In this document: positions 1 through 9,496 of the stretch, piece after piece
Position numbering within the stretch: the stretch's first letter is position 1
How the letters are laid out: each line of letters begins with the position of its first letter
Virus record (IMG/VR): IMGVR_UViG_3300035501_001483
Direction: 5' to 3' (one strand)
DNA from: a virus
Taxonomy: Duplodnaviria > Caudoviricetes
DNA length: 64,000 nt
Translations under genes and position numbers: made by a program
Notes under the pieces: model-generated
What the model was told of the DNA's origin: nothing
Databases searched by the model: none
Seen by the model: the letters and a program-made list of their open reading frames with translations, nothing else

Positions 1-329
1 GTATTGCCAAATGTCTCATAAGAAAAGAGACCATCTTTGGTAGGGACATTGCCCTTCTCAAACATGATGGCGCTCTTGACAGGTTTCAGGTGATTGCGCT
101 CAATCGTCTCATCATTGCACCAGCCCACCTTCATAGGTGTGCCGTGGTCATTGATGCCCAGATTTTGTGCATTACGGATCTCGTTGGCCTCCATAGCCGC
201 TGCATCCACCAAGTTAATACTCAGCGGAATCTCTGTACTCCAGCCGTCATAGGCGAAGTTCTTTACCCGATTGGCAGCAATATTACAGCGCCGCAGAAGG
301 CTTTCCAACGCTTTATTTTCTTCAATCAT
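1..329 (-). CDS. Virion RNA polymerase beta' N-terminal subunit (5' part; runs off the window edge)
   Basis: Not in the ORF track. Manual translation from ATG 329 gives MIEENKALES...AAMEA...LKPVKSAIMFEKGNVPTKDGLFSYETFGN. PTKDGLFS..FG matches the beta' N-terminal PxxDGLF..IFG motif. The leader has A-x-E motifs and a late promoter lies at 366-378. Confidence 0.8.
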   Translation of the reverse strand, partial: MIEENKALESLLRRCNIAANRVKNFAYDGWSTEIPLSINLVDAAAMEANEIRNAQNLGINDHGTPMKVGWCNDETIERNHLKPVKSAIMFEKGNVPTKDGLFSYETFGN

Positions 330-365
330 TCTTTGATTACACCCTTTCCAAATAAGGTGATTCGG

Positions 366-378
366 TTAAGGGCTTGTC
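366..378 (-). promoter_or_regulatory. Late promoter GACA-N6-TAA
   Basis: Minus strand GACA AGCCCT TAA; recurrent motif. Confidence 0.7.
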
Positions 379-390
379 AAAGGGCAAAAA

Positions 391-420
391 AAAGAGAGAC
401 TAGGCTGATGCCTAGTCTCT
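391..420 (-). terminator. Intrinsic terminator
   Basis: agagactagg-ctgatg-cctagtctct hairpin followed by a U-tract on the minus strand. Confidence 0.75.
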
Positions 421-1110
421 CCCGTAGATTTGAGGATATAACGCCTTGTTACTTGTGACGTGCTTTACGCCTTTTCTGAACTCCATAAAGGTTTTGGTCT
501 CAGTAGCGTAGAAACGGCAAAGCTCGAAGAATTCATCTTTCAAGGCTGCATTCCAATCGATCTTACCATTCTTACTATGAGTACGCTTCAGCCGTTGTAT
601 GAGTGATTTGACAGCACTGGCCCCTAGCATGATCAGCGGTTCGTGCACAATTTCCAGCCCTGCAAAGCAATAGACCTGGACGCCTTCTGCAATATAGAGC
701 TGCTTCGGGTTCCCATGCATTATTTCGACCGCTCTCATATAGAGTTGATCTAACAACTTACCATCGGTAAACTTGCACGGAATCGGCCTCCCAGTAGCTT
801 CTGCCTTGGTTTCCGCGTCAGCTACCAACTTAGCATACTCAGGAAACTCTTTGATGAGCTGCTCAATGATGCCAGTATTGGATTTATCGAAGTGATACTC
901 GATGTTATCCAGCTCAAAGTGGATAGCGTGTTTCTTCTCTGCCTGTATTTTGCCAGCCATGGTCGTCTTGCCAGCGCCAGAGATGCCGGTAATAAACAGC
1001 ACGTTGTGCTTGCCAGGTCCCCATAGGTCCATGTTAATGGAGAAGTCATCCTCGCCGAGAATGTATCCTTCCATTGCATAGTCCAGAAAGTCTTTGATTC
1101 GATCCATCAT
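412..1110 (-). CDS. P-loop nucleotide kinase-like protein, possibly virion-packaged
   Basis: Walker A GISGAGKTT after a hydrophobic strand; hhhhEG motif (LYIAEG); N-terminal AMEG motif. Confidence 0.65.
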   Translation of the reverse strand: MMDRIKDFLDYAMEGYILGEDDFSINMDLWGPGKHNVLFITGISGAGKTTMAGKIQAEKKHAIHFELDNIEYHFDKSNTGIIEQLIKEFPEYAKLVADAETKAEATGRPIPCKFTDGKLLDQLYMRAVEIMHGNPKQLYIAEGVQVYCFAGLEIVHEPLIMLGASAVKSLIQRLKRTHSKNGKIDWNAALKDEFFELCRFYATETKTFMEFRKGVKHVTSNKALYPQIYGRD

Positions 1111-1111
1111 A

Positions 1112-1618
1112 TTACTCCATCCAAACGATTCTATTTTCCGTTACGGTATGGGCCATCCGTTTGATCTGGTTATGCTCCAGGAACTGAATGGAATCTCCCT
1201 GGTAGAAGATGTAGATATCATATCGATCCAGGAGCTCCTTCAGAATGATGGCCAGGGCTGCTGTGATCTCTTTGGTGTACTGGATGGCTTCGGGAGTATC
1301 ATCCAGATTATCAAAGATGACCGTATCCACATGGTTCGGATCCATTTTGGCCGAGAAGCCATGCACAAACTCTTTTCCAAAATAGTTGCGGACTGCCGGA
1401 ATCTGATAGAGTTGGTATGCCAGATTCTTGATGATATTCACGACTGACATACTCAGAGCTTTACCAGGACCGGTGATGTTTGCCCGATCAAACATGTCAA
1501 TGGTCATCGGCGGGAAGTAGACGTAGTCATACAGATTGCTCACAAACGTCGCATGCGGGTCAAAGACGGGCTTCTTAATGAAAGTGGGTACTACTTTCTC
1601 CTTTTTCCGGAAGAGCAT
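1112..1618 (-). CDS. Hypothetical protein
   Basis: ORF; start moved to ATG 1618, which has a GAGGTG RBS at the rubrerythrin stop. Confidence 0.6.
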   Translation of the reverse strand: MLFRKKEKVVPTFIKKPVFDPHATFVSNLYDYVYFPPMTIDMFDRANITGPGKALSMSVVNIIKNLAYQLYQIPAVRNYFGKEFVHGFSAKMDPNHVDTVIFDNLDDTPEAIQYTKEITAALAIILKELLDRYDIYIFYQGDSIQFLEHNQIKRMAHTVTENRIVWME

Positions 1619-1622
1619 CTCT

Positions 1623-2168
1623 TTACACCTCGCTATCCACGATCGTTTCTTTGCAGATGAAGTCTCTTTTCTCATGATGACACACTGGGCACTCATCGGG
1701 AATCTCCTCTTCCGATTCATAGATATTGCCGCAATGTGGGCAGATCCACAGCTGCTTCTTGACGCCTTTATCCTCGGTATGATCGACAGTGTAGTCATAG
1801 TTCAGAGCTTTTAACATCTCCCGATGATGTGTCTCAATCTTCTGGAGAATGCGGGCCAGTTCTACGACCTCATCGGGGAGCTTTCCTTCCAGGTCAATCA
1901 TCTTCTGGTACATGACGTTGGCATCGTTGTCCTCGCCCTTGATGGCTGTACTAAACATGAGCGGGAGTTCGCCGGTCTTGCCAATCCGCTTCAGCCACTG
2001 CTCCATGTGTTCCTTTTCATTATTGGCCAATTCGTCAAAGAGCATGGCCGCTGAGATCTGTCCGGATTTGCGAAGAGCTTGTGCATATATAGAATACAAG
2101 CCGAATGCGAACCCTTCAGCGCATGCGGCCTGATGAATAACTGAATAGGCGATGTCATTATGATCCAT
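1623..2168 (-). CDS. rbr: Rubrerythrin
   Basis: Ferritin-like diiron ligands (E...EKEH, E...ETHH) plus a C-terminal rubredoxin domain WICPHCG...CPVC; GGAGG RBS. Confidence 0.9.
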   Translation of the reverse strand: MDHNDIAYSVIHQAACAEGFAFGLYSIYAQALRKSGQISAAMLFDELANNEKEHMEQWLKRIGKTGELPLMFSTAIKGEDNDANVMYQKMIDLEGKLPDEVVELARILQKIETHHREMLKALNYDYTVDHTEDKGVKKQLWICPHCGNIYESEEEIPDECPVCHHEKRDFICKETIVDSEV

Positions 2169-2194
2169 AATAACTCAACCTCCTTTGGGATAGA

Positions 2195-2207
2195 TTATGG
2201 GAATGTC
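2195..2207 (-). promoter_or_regulatory. Late promoter GACA-N6-TAA
   Basis: GACA TTCCCA TAA upstream of rubrerythrin. Confidence 0.7.
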
Positions 2208-2239
2208 AGAATTGAGGTAAAATCGATAAGCTGGTTAGA

Positions 2240-3112
2240 TCAACTAACCAGCTTATCAGCCTTGGGAAGCTTGGAATAACCGGGGAAGAGATTCTCCAGA
2301 AGATCTGCCATGGTCTCAAAGACAGGCGTACTTCCAGCGAAGGTGCGCACCAGCATCGGCGTTGTGTAGCAGTTCTTAGAATCGGGCGCCATGGAGATGT
2401 TATACAAGGTGCGGAACCACTCGCCAGTATCGGGATCCAGACGGAACGCCTCGCAATGCAGGACATTGACATACTTATTGCCTTGAATGGTCTTGTAGTC
2501 CACATCCATGATGTCATAAGCTACCCAGGCGCTCTTGTAGTTATTAGTGTCATTCATCTCGACACAGGGTACGAGAATAATATGAGCTACAGCCTGGGCG
2601 ATGCGGGAGTAGCACTTGCAGTTCTCCTCACAGCTTCTCGTCATCATTGCCATGAACTGCGGGCATATCTTGGCAGGAATACGATAAACGAATGTGCTAT
2701 CATATCTTGCCTTCAACCTGATTAGACGGTCATTCTTGGCGAACTCCTCTTCTTGTGCATTGAAGCGTTTCTGAACGATTTCATGCAGGCGTTTGTCAAG
2801 ATCAGCATCAATGTATTTCTCCAGAGCAGCTTGCAAGATCTCTTCATCTCCACTGATGCTCTCAATGAGTTCGGCCTTGATTGCATCGGCCGAGTCTCTC
2901 ACTTCTTTGATGGATTCTTTGAGTTCGCAAGATGCTTTGGCGGCTGAATTGATGCGATTATCCAGGTTCTCGTTCTGCTGGTTGAACTTCTCCCAAGCGT
3001 CTCGCATCGCTTCGATCTTATCAGCATAGAACTTGAAGAAGACTAGCACCGCTGCAGCGCAGAATAGGATGTAGACCGCCGTGAAGATATCTTGGGTCGT
3101 TATATTGAACAT
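2240..3112 (-). CDS. Membrane-anchored coiled-coil protein
   Basis: N-terminal hydrophobic helix followed by a heptad-rich region; GAGGTG RBS. Confidence 0.65.
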   Translation of the reverse strand: MFNITTQDIFTAVYILFCAAAVLVFFKFYADKIEAMRDAWEKFNQQNENLDNRINSAAKASCELKESIKEVRDSADAIKAELIESISGDEEILQAALEKYIDADLDKRLHEIVQKRFNAQEEEFAKNDRLIRLKARYDSTFVYRIPAKICPQFMAMMTRSCEENCKCYSRIAQAVAHIILVPCVEMNDTNNYKSAWVAYDIMDVDYKTIQGNKYVNVLHCEAFRLDPDTGEWFRTLYNISMAPDSKNCYTTPMLVRTFAGSTPVFETMADLLENLFPGYSKLPKADKLVS

Positions 3113-3123
3113 GATGGATCACC

Positions 3124-4215
3124 TCAAAATTGAAATGGAGATTTATTCTGGTAAGATGCTGTCAGGAACGGCAAGTTGAGCGGGAACTGATCGAAATACA
3201 TCTTATTGATCGTCTGGATGCTCTCCATATCCGTCACATAGCTCATCTGACTTGCAATCGACGTTTTATCGATGTCGTTCATGACGTTGACCTGCTGATC
3301 GAGACTTACCGTGGAAAGATTTCTCTCTAATTTTTCAGAAAGTACCCCTTTAGAGCCCAGCAACTCTAGGAATCTGGCGGACACAATTTCCGTAGAATCG
3401 GTTTCTAATTGAGTGGCAGTGTCTAGATACTTGAACAGTGTTTTCCAGCCGATTCTTTGCAATCTGGGGATTCCTCTGAGTTTATTTCCGGCCACTGCCA
3501 AAGCCAGCGGGAAGATATTGTGATGATAGAAAGCCGCATTATGCGGGTCTGTAATATGCTCTCGATCACCCAGGTACTTCCACATGTTTGTACGATTGAT
3601 CACCCTGGTATTCTCACCTTTGGGAGATACGAAGATCCACCGGTCTCGATAGGCATATTGCAGGTCATAATGATCTCGAGAGACCACCATGGACCATTCA
3701 TAGTTGGCCAATCCGGAGCTCTTCAAAGCCAGCGGAATGATGGAAGGCTCCAGATAAGTGGAATCGATGATGAAGACATCTTCAACGTAATTGCAAATGG
3801 ACTTGACGACCGGCATTGCCGAATTCAAGGCATCGTTTACGAAGAAGAATGCCTGGTTCCGAGGGTCATTGATCACTGAGAAGTGATCTCGATATTCGGG
3901 AAGATAAACCGCGTTCTTGAAGCCATGCATGGTCGTGGTATAATATCCAAAGACCCGAGCTTTGATGCGGTTCTTAGCTGCCCACATCTTATAGTGAGCT
4001 AATAGGTTAATGATGTTGGAGACGCACTGTCGTCTGGCGTTGATGCCGCAGACTTGGATCTCCTTATTCACGATAGGACGATGCATGATATGAAAGACAT
4101 CGTCCAGGTTGATAAAGATGTCCATTGACCGGACATACTGACTGAGTGTAATCGTCTTGATGTACTCTGTCAGAATGTCGTATTTGGCCTTATAGGCGTT
4201 AAAATGGGCGTCCAT
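3124..4215 (-). CDS. Divergent 5'-3' exonuclease/FEN (PIN + H3TH)-like protein
   Basis: H3TH-like AGNKLRGIPRLQRIGWKT and SRDHYD motifs; acidic catalytic residues partly lost. Confidence 0.5.
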   Translation of the reverse strand: MDAHFNAYKAKYDILTEYIKTITLSQYVRSMDIFINLDDVFHIMHRPIVNKEIQVCGINARRQCVSNIINLLAHYKMWAAKNRIKARVFGYYTTTMHGFKNAVYLPEYRDHFSVINDPRNQAFFFVNDALNSAMPVVKSICNYVEDVFIIDSTYLEPSIIPLALKSSGLANYEWSMVVSRDHYDLQYAYRDRWIFVSPKGENTRVINRTNMWKYLGDREHITDPHNAAFYHHNIFPLALAVAGNKLRGIPRLQRIGWKTLFKYLDTATQLETDSTEIVSARFLELLGSKGVLSEKLERNLSTVSLDQQVNVMNDIDKTSIASQMSYVTDMESIQTINKMYFDQFPLNLPFLTASYQNKSPFQF

Positions 4216-4303
4216 ATGAATTTTATCAGTCCTTTCAGAAAGGCGGATTGCCTTTAGAGTATGGTCAAGTAAATAATATGCGAATACTCTCCGGCACATA
4301 AAT

Positions 4304-4357
4304 GACGTTGAACTAGATGAAATCACTATTTCTGAGCGACTTCATCTAGTTCAACGT
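4304..4357. terminator. Long inverted repeat, probable terminator
   Basis: Perfect 17-bp arms acgttgaactagatgaa / ttcatctagttcaacgt. Confidence 0.6.
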
Positions 4358-4385
4358 AAGTTATTGGGAAAGGACTTCATATCCT

Positions 4386-4940
4386 TCATGATTCTTCTAA
4401 TTGGTGGTACCGCTTGTTGGCCACCGTAGACACGTCCAAGGCCTGCGTCATGTCCGATCTTCTGATCTTCACGTAGCAGTACTTGGCAATTTCCAGAAAC
4501 TCTGGTCGAATCTCTTTCATGGATTCGTAAGAGAGCTCGATGATGGACATGTCAATATTCTTCAGCGCTTTAAAGAAGAATTCCTCATAGTGAGGATGAT
4601 CTGTCTGCGAATAGATACTGACTTCCCATTCATCGTCTTTTCTGGGATGATGGCTACAGAGCTCTTCACAGCGAGTCTGCATGAATTTCTCCTTCAATGC
4701 CATCAAATGATAGATGCTCTTTTGGCAATGAAGGCAATCAAAATCGCAGATATCTGGTTGGACATCTGCATATCGCTTCTGATCCTCGGTACACGCTCCT
4801 CCATATTGGGCAATCAATTCTAAAAGAGCTTTCTGAGGCTCGAAGCGTTCGCCCGCTAGCATATAGTGCGAAAGGTAATCGTCTCCGTAATAATTCAAAA
4901 CGATGCTATCATCATGCATCGTCTTCACTTTATGAATCAT
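4386..4940 (-). CDS. Hypothetical protein (Cys-rich middle)
   Basis: ORF with GGGAG RBS. Confidence 0.6.
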   Translation of the reverse strand: MIHKVKTMHDDSIVLNYYGDDYLSHYMLAGERFEPQKALLELIAQYGGACTEDQKRYADVQPDICDFDCLHCQKSIYHLMALKEKFMQTRCEELCSHHPRKDDEWEVSIYSQTDHPHYEEFFFKALKNIDMSIIELSYESMKEIRPEFLEIAKYCYVKIRRSDMTQALDVSTVANKRYHQLEES

Positions 4941-5038
4941 AAGCGACACTCTCCCATACTGTCGACACAACTGACCTCGAAAAGAGGTTCAATTTAATAT
5001 TTGGTTCGGTTTCAGCTAGTACTGATGTGTGGCCATTC

Positions 5039-5060
5039 AGTCATTCAAGGAATGACTGTT
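5039..5060 (+). repeat. Cassette hairpin, copy 1 (AGTCATTC-AAG-GAATGACT-GTT)
   Basis: One of four covarying copies (5039+, 35681-, 41989+, 63975+). Confidence 0.9.
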
Positions 5061-5152
5061 TTTCAGAGTTAAAAGAATGACCCGAATCGGAAATCAAGCG
5101 CGCTAAACTGACTCAGATCAAGCTTTCAACCCAAAAAGCCCAAAGCCGAAAA

Positions 5153-5180
5153 CTGCGTAAATTTTTAAGCGGGTTTACCA
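5153..5180 (+). repeat. 28-bp direct repeat CTGCGTAAATTTTTAAGCGGGTTTACCA
   Basis: Identical copy at 42079-42106. Confidence 0.9.
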
Positions 5181-5252
5181 AGTATGGGAGTAAGGGCGCG
5201 TCGTGGTGTTAGGACAGACATCGACCAAACCACCACGGCGAAATCATGAATT

Positions 5253-5672
5253 ATGGCAAATGCTTTTATAATGCAAAGTGCGGCATTCTCTGACAAATAT
5301 CGAATCAGCACACAGACCGTAACCAACACTGATAGCACAATGAAAACACTAACATTCACGGCACCATTTACGCCATATGGATTTACAGTTACACACTTAC
5401 CAAAAGCCACTACCACAGGAGCTAATGGATTAGGAGCTAGGATTTATTTTATTCAATGGATAAATGGTTCGTTCACCTACGAAATGGGAGTTATAGGTGA
5501 CGATTATAATGATCGAATGAAATGGTCTGTATGGACCGATTGTCTTACGCTTACGCATTCTAATCTTAAGTATACAATTACAGTGTCATCTGGCGCGCAA
5601 TTTATATACGGCCAAGGCAATGTCTCATACTATGGCAATATCGGTCATTATCTAGTTACAGTATGGGGCTAA
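5253..5672 (+). CDS. Cassette ORF 1: small Ser/Thr/Tyr/Gly-rich beta-strand protein, putative adhesin or fibre tip
   Basis: 139 aa; A/T-ending codons unlike flanking genes; no SD; downstream of the hairpin leader. Confidence 0.6.
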   Translation: MANAFIMQSAAFSDKYRISTQTVTNTDSTMKTLTFTAPFTPYGFTVTHLPKATTTGANGLGARIYFIQWINGSFTYEMGVIGDDYNDRMKWSVWTDCLTLTHSNLKYTITVSSGAQFIYGQGNVSYYGNIGHYLVTVWG

Positions 5673-5674
5673 AT

Positions 5675-5709
5675 AAAGACTACTACCTCAATGAGGTAGT
5701 AGTCTTTTT
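5675..5709. terminator. Bidirectional terminator (CTACTACC family)
   Basis: aaagactactacctc-aat-gaggtagtagtcttttt between convergent genes. Confidence 0.85.
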
Positions 5710-5713
5710 GATC

Positions 5714-6586
5714 TTAGAAAGAACGCATGAAGTCCGCAATGTCGCCACGCAGAGAACGCTCCACAGGCACAAAGATCCGGCCTTCATTCAGGGTCTTGAC
5801 GCTATACATGCCGTCTGTGGTCACCGTAGCGGATTCCATAGCAGGCTGCAGACCGTCAATGACACGTTTGGCCGCTTCAGACTTGGCCAGAATATACTCA
5901 GAGAAGCTCTCCATGGCCGTGTCAAACTCGGCTTTCTTGACGATGTTCTTCACAGGGATGCTGACGTTCTGATAGGCCTCTTCGCAGGAAGGACCATGGA
6001 CACGATCGAAGCACACCATACGACCAGGACCCGTCACGTCGATAGATCCGTCAGGATTACGACGCTGCGGCACCATGGTACGAGCAGAATGTGCAGGGAC
6101 AATGCCCTGAATCATGTTCATCATCAGGCGATTGCCGGGCGTGCCTTCACCCTGGTCCAGGGTCTCCACAGTGCCCATCATCTTATCACCGTCCCACCAC
6201 CACTCTTTGAGCAGGATGGCCAGGTTGTTGGGATCGATGGTTACCAAGCGCTCCATGGTCACCTGGGCAGTATCGGGAATGGGATGGCCGTTCTCACCGG
6301 GCAGGCCGCCAGCACGATGCAGCTGTTCTTCAATGTGAGGAGCACGCATCATGATAGCCACGATCTGCTTGGTCCACAGCCGTCTATTACGATTACGCTT
6401 ACCAACGGTCATCATACACCCCTGGTAGCGCAGAAAAGACAGATCACCGTTGGGTCTTTTGCCTTCACCAGTGATCTTGAAACTTGCATTACGGTCGCCA
6501 GCTTCCACGGCGGACTCCAGCACCGCATAGAAATCATAGTAATCGGAAGAAGGCATAAGAATCACACCAACTTTCATGAATTTCAA
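5714..6586 (-). CDS. Prohead maturation protease (T4 gp21-like)
   Basis: RNRNRRLW and GENGHP motifs (cf. NRNGRxY, GELGHP); HSAR serine motif; internal AMES sites. Confidence 0.85.
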   Translation of the reverse strand: MKFMKVGVILMPSSDYYDFYAVLESAVEAGDRNASFKITGEGKRPNGDLSFLRYQGCMMTVGKRNRNRRLWTKQIVAIMMRAPHIEEQLHRAGGLPGENGHPIPDTAQVTMERLVTIDPNNLAILLKEWWWDGDKMMGTVETLDQGEGTPGNRLMMNMIQGIVPAHSARTMVPQRRNPDGSIDVTGPGRMVCFDRVHGPSCEEAYQNVSIPVKNIVKKAEFDTAMESFSEYILAKSEAAKRVIDGLQPAMESATVTTDGMYSVKTLNEGRIFVPVERSLRGDIADFMRSF

Positions 6587-6587
6587 G

Positions 6588-6637
6588 TTACTTCAATGTT
6601 AAAAGCCCAGCAAAATGGCCCACGAACACCTGTATAA
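6588..6637. promoter_or_regulatory. Divergent pair of late promoters AACA-N6-TAA
   Basis: Minus 6588-6600 AACA TTGAAG TAA; plus 6625-6637 AACA CCTGTA TAA. Confidence 0.8.
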
Positions 6638-6651
6638 TCCTGGCAGGAGCC

Positions 6652-8616
6652 ATGAATCTGCCCATAAAGGTAGGTGAACTCGAACCTATGGCTTCTCGTG
6701 TAACCATGATTGATCGCTGCCAGAAAATCAAAGAGTGTACTTCCGTCTCGGAGTTGGGTGCTACCATCAAGCTGTATCCCGACATCATTCTGAGCAAGGA
6801 TGGCTATGCGACCTTGATGGCAACGATCCCCGATATTATCCATTCTAGCAACGCTATCTATCTGAACTTCAACTTCATCAGCGCCATTGTGGATACCCAT
6901 CGCAGACACACCAAAGGCATGCTGAGCGATGAGAAGTTCGTAGACACACTCTATTCACAAGATGGCTGGTCCACGCCTGACTATGCCCTGGATATCCTGT
7001 ATTACTACATCAGAACGATGGTGGAATACACCAAGGGTATGTGCTTGGAACGGACCAACCTCATGGTAGAGTATCCCTTCAACGATCCCCACTTTGATGA
7101 ACGGTGCGTTAGCCCGTTGCAATATGTGGGATTCATCATGCTGCTCGCCAAGTGGGAACCCAATGAGCCCATCACCAAAGCAGTCCACAACTTCGTGGTC
7201 TGTGGATTCAGCAACAGGGATCTCATCCAGGCCTTCCTTGAAGTTCTGGGTGAATCCGTTGGCACTCCCAAATGCGACGCACAGGCAGCCTACTACATCT
7301 CCAAGCTTTGGTCCAAGTACTGTGGCTCCAAAGATCACAATTGGATGACAATGGGCGAGTTTGTGTATCGCTGCAGTGAGAAAGATATTGGCTGGCTTGT
7401 AGAGCATAGCAATGAAGTGACAGAAGAGGGCGCGGAGATGCACGCGCATGACCTCGAAGCTTGTACGGATCTCTTCATGGTGCTGAGCAACGTTTTCACC
7501 AATCCATTCATGAGAGAGAACTACTTCTTCGAGTATATCGCCATGATCTCGTACTACTATCCGCTGTCTGTCCAACGTCATAACATTGCTGAGAAGTATT
7601 CATACTACTTCAAGGATCATACCATGATCTACATGGCCGATTTCACCAATGAAATTCTGCAGGCCTTCTCGAAAGAGCAAGTGTCCTACAGAGGAACTCA
7701 TTTTGAGGATAAGATGGTGGAGCATAGTATCCATACCAAAGCTGAGGCCATTATCCTTGACATGCACCGTGAATATCCCGATGTCCCTGCTCGGGTCATC
7801 GAGAATTTTTTCGATGCAACGTGTCACGCCTTTGGCCGAGGTTTCAATGGAGCTGCTCCTGGTGTGATGCTTCTGATTTCTCCCATGATCTACGAGATTA
7901 TTGGAGAAGATAAGAAGACGCTGGAATCCGATCTGGACTGTTTCGGGCTCTTCCAAGCGCTTGAAAGCAGTTATGGAGACGATCCCATGCCACAAACGAC
8001 CGGCACCAACACAGAAGCTGCCGATGATCGCACCTACGAGCCGTCTACCCATGAAAGAGCCAATGTCAAGTCTGGTGCGACTGCCAATATGAAGGATGCC
8101 GAACGGAAGATCTACAATGCTTACCATAAATACAAGAATGGCGAGCAGAAGGTCGATGAAACGCTCAATAAAGGCATCGGTGTTCTAAAGAAGGCTGTCG
8201 TGGGCGATCAGCAGCAGATCATCATTGAGGGGAAGAAATTCTCGGCGATTGGATTCCTGAAGAAAGCTTTGGCAACCATCGCCATTTTCAACTATAATAA
8301 GATTGCAGCCATCCTATTCATCATCGTCTCCCAGGTCATGAAGAAAAAGACCAGGAGATCCGAAAAGCGTAAAATCTTGGAGGAGCTCGAGGCTGAACTC
8401 ACCATGGTCAATGAGAAGATTGAGGATGCACGGGGTGACGGCAATAGAGAGGCCAAGTATGACCTCATGAGAACGCGCAATGCGTTACAGAATGCTATCA
8501 AACGAATCAAGTACGGCATGGGCGCTGAAGAGAAGGAAGGCCTCAAAGATGCAGAGCGCATTAAGAGCAGCCTTCAGCAGCAACGAACCAATGCAGCGTC
8601 CAGTTATAGTGGGTGA
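6652..8616 (+). CDS. Putative head/internal virion protein
   Basis: Lies between the protease and MCP; ALES motif; C-terminal hydrophobic plus coiled-coil domain. Confidence 0.6.
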   Translation: MNLPIKVGELEPMASRVTMIDRCQKIKECTSVSELGATIKLYPDIILSKDGYATLMATIPDIIHSSNAIYLNFNFISAIVDTHRRHTKGMLSDEKFVDTLYSQDGWSTPDYALDILYYYIRTMVEYTKGMCLERTNLMVEYPFNDPHFDERCVSPLQYVGFIMLLAKWEPNEPITKAVHNFVVCGFSNRDLIQAFLEVLGESVGTPKCDAQAAYYISKLWSKYCGSKDHNWMTMGEFVYRCSEKDIGWLVEHSNEVTEEGAEMHAHDLEACTDLFMVLSNVFTNPFMRENYFFEYIAMISYYYPLSVQRHNIAEKYSYYFKDHTMIYMADFTNEILQAFSKEQVSYRGTHFEDKMVEHSIHTKAEAIILDMHREYPDVPARVIENFFDATCHAFGRGFNGAAPGVMLLISPMIYEIIGEDKKTLESDLDCFGLFQALESSYGDDPMPQTTGTNTEAADDRTYEPSTHERANVKSGATANMKDAERKIYNAYHKYKNGEQKVDETLNKGIGVLKKAVVGDQQQIIIEGKKFSAIGFLKKALATIAIFNYNKIAAILFIIVSQVMKKKTRRSEKRKILEELEAELTMVNEKIEDARGDGNREAKYDLMRTRNALQNAIKRIKYGMGAEEKEGLKDAERIKSSLQQQRTNAASSYSG

Positions 8617-9341
8617 CAACTATGAAGATTGGCGAAACCCTCTATCGCAGAAACATCTTCAATGAGCTGGTGGCCATGGAGGCCGGCGAGCCCGAGGATA
8701 TCACTGCAACTACCGATGATATGATGAAGAGAGCTGGCGGCGCCAACGCCGATACCGGCGAAATGAACCCCTCTCGCACTTCCGAAGAAACACAGCAAGC
8801 CAACGGCGGAAACGTCGATAGAGACGCCATGTCCGGCAATACCGATGGACTCAATCCCGACCCCAATGCGGGCGGGACTGATGACACTGGCATGGGTGAC
8901 ATGGATGATCTTGGCGGCGGTGGAGATATGGGAGGCGAAGGTGGTGGAGATATGGGTGGCGGCATGGAGCCCCAAGAGGACCAAGCACCTCCCGAATCTC
9001 CAGAGCAAGCCGAGCAGATTCTCAAACTTCAAAAGAATATGACTACCTTCTACCGTATCCTCAGCAATACGCTGGATACGTTGAACGGGTATAGTGCACC
9101 GGCAACTACGCCGGAACTGCGTAAGATCTACAATGCCGGCGTCAGTCATCTGACCAGCGCTAAGGAAATGATGACAGACCTGGTGTCTACCGATATTACG
9201 TCAGCCAATTACCCGGATAAGCTCCGTAAATACATCACCCTGCGCCATGTATATAGTGCCGTGGTGGAAATGCTTACGCTGCACTTCCAAGTCCTGGAGG
9301 AAGGCCAATCTGGCTCATCCAAAACAGGGTCTGGAAAATGA
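8613..9341 (+). CDS. Putative scaffold/head protein (acidic, Gly-rich linker)
   Basis: AMEA motif; low-complexity GGGGDM repeats; directly upstream of MCP. Confidence 0.6.
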   Translation: MTTMKIGETLYRRNIFNELVAMEAGEPEDITATTDDMMKRAGGANADTGEMNPSRTSEETQQANGGNVDRDAMSGNTDGLNPDPNAGGTDDTGMGDMDDLGGGGDMGGEGGGDMGGGMEPQEDQAPPESPEQAEQILKLQKNMTTFYRILSNTLDTLNGYSAPATTPELRKIYNAGVSHLTSAKEMMTDLVSTDITSANYPDKLRKYITLRHVYSAVVEMLTLHFQVLEEGQSGSSKTGSGK

Positions 9342-9347
9342 TGCAAA

Positions 9348-9496
9348 AACATATCGTTAAATATCCCATTGACTCGTGGATATTACTCGGATTTATAAGG
9401 ATGATTTTCTCTTTTCTGTTAGACGCTGGAGTTTGACGATGGATATCTAAGGCTCGCTTAGACATCGGTAAATCCCGGCATTTAACAACCGACTAA
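9348..9496 (+). promoter_or_regulatory. Tandem late promoters of MCP
   Basis: AACA TATCGT TAA (9348-9360) and AACA ACCGAC TAA (9484-9496). Confidence 0.75.

Noticed and set aside
5039-5060. Cassette hairpin as an integron attC site or CRISPR repeat
   Set aside because: No RYYYAAC/GTTRRRY pair or extrahelical bases; copies are tens of kb apart and not arrayed; no integrase or cas gene in the window
5156-5170. A-AAT-TTT slippery site in the 28-bp repeat as a frameshift fusing an upstream frame to the cassette ORFs
   Set aside because: The frames checked hit stops before the ORFs (for example TAA immediately before ATG 42148), and there is no upstream coding frame
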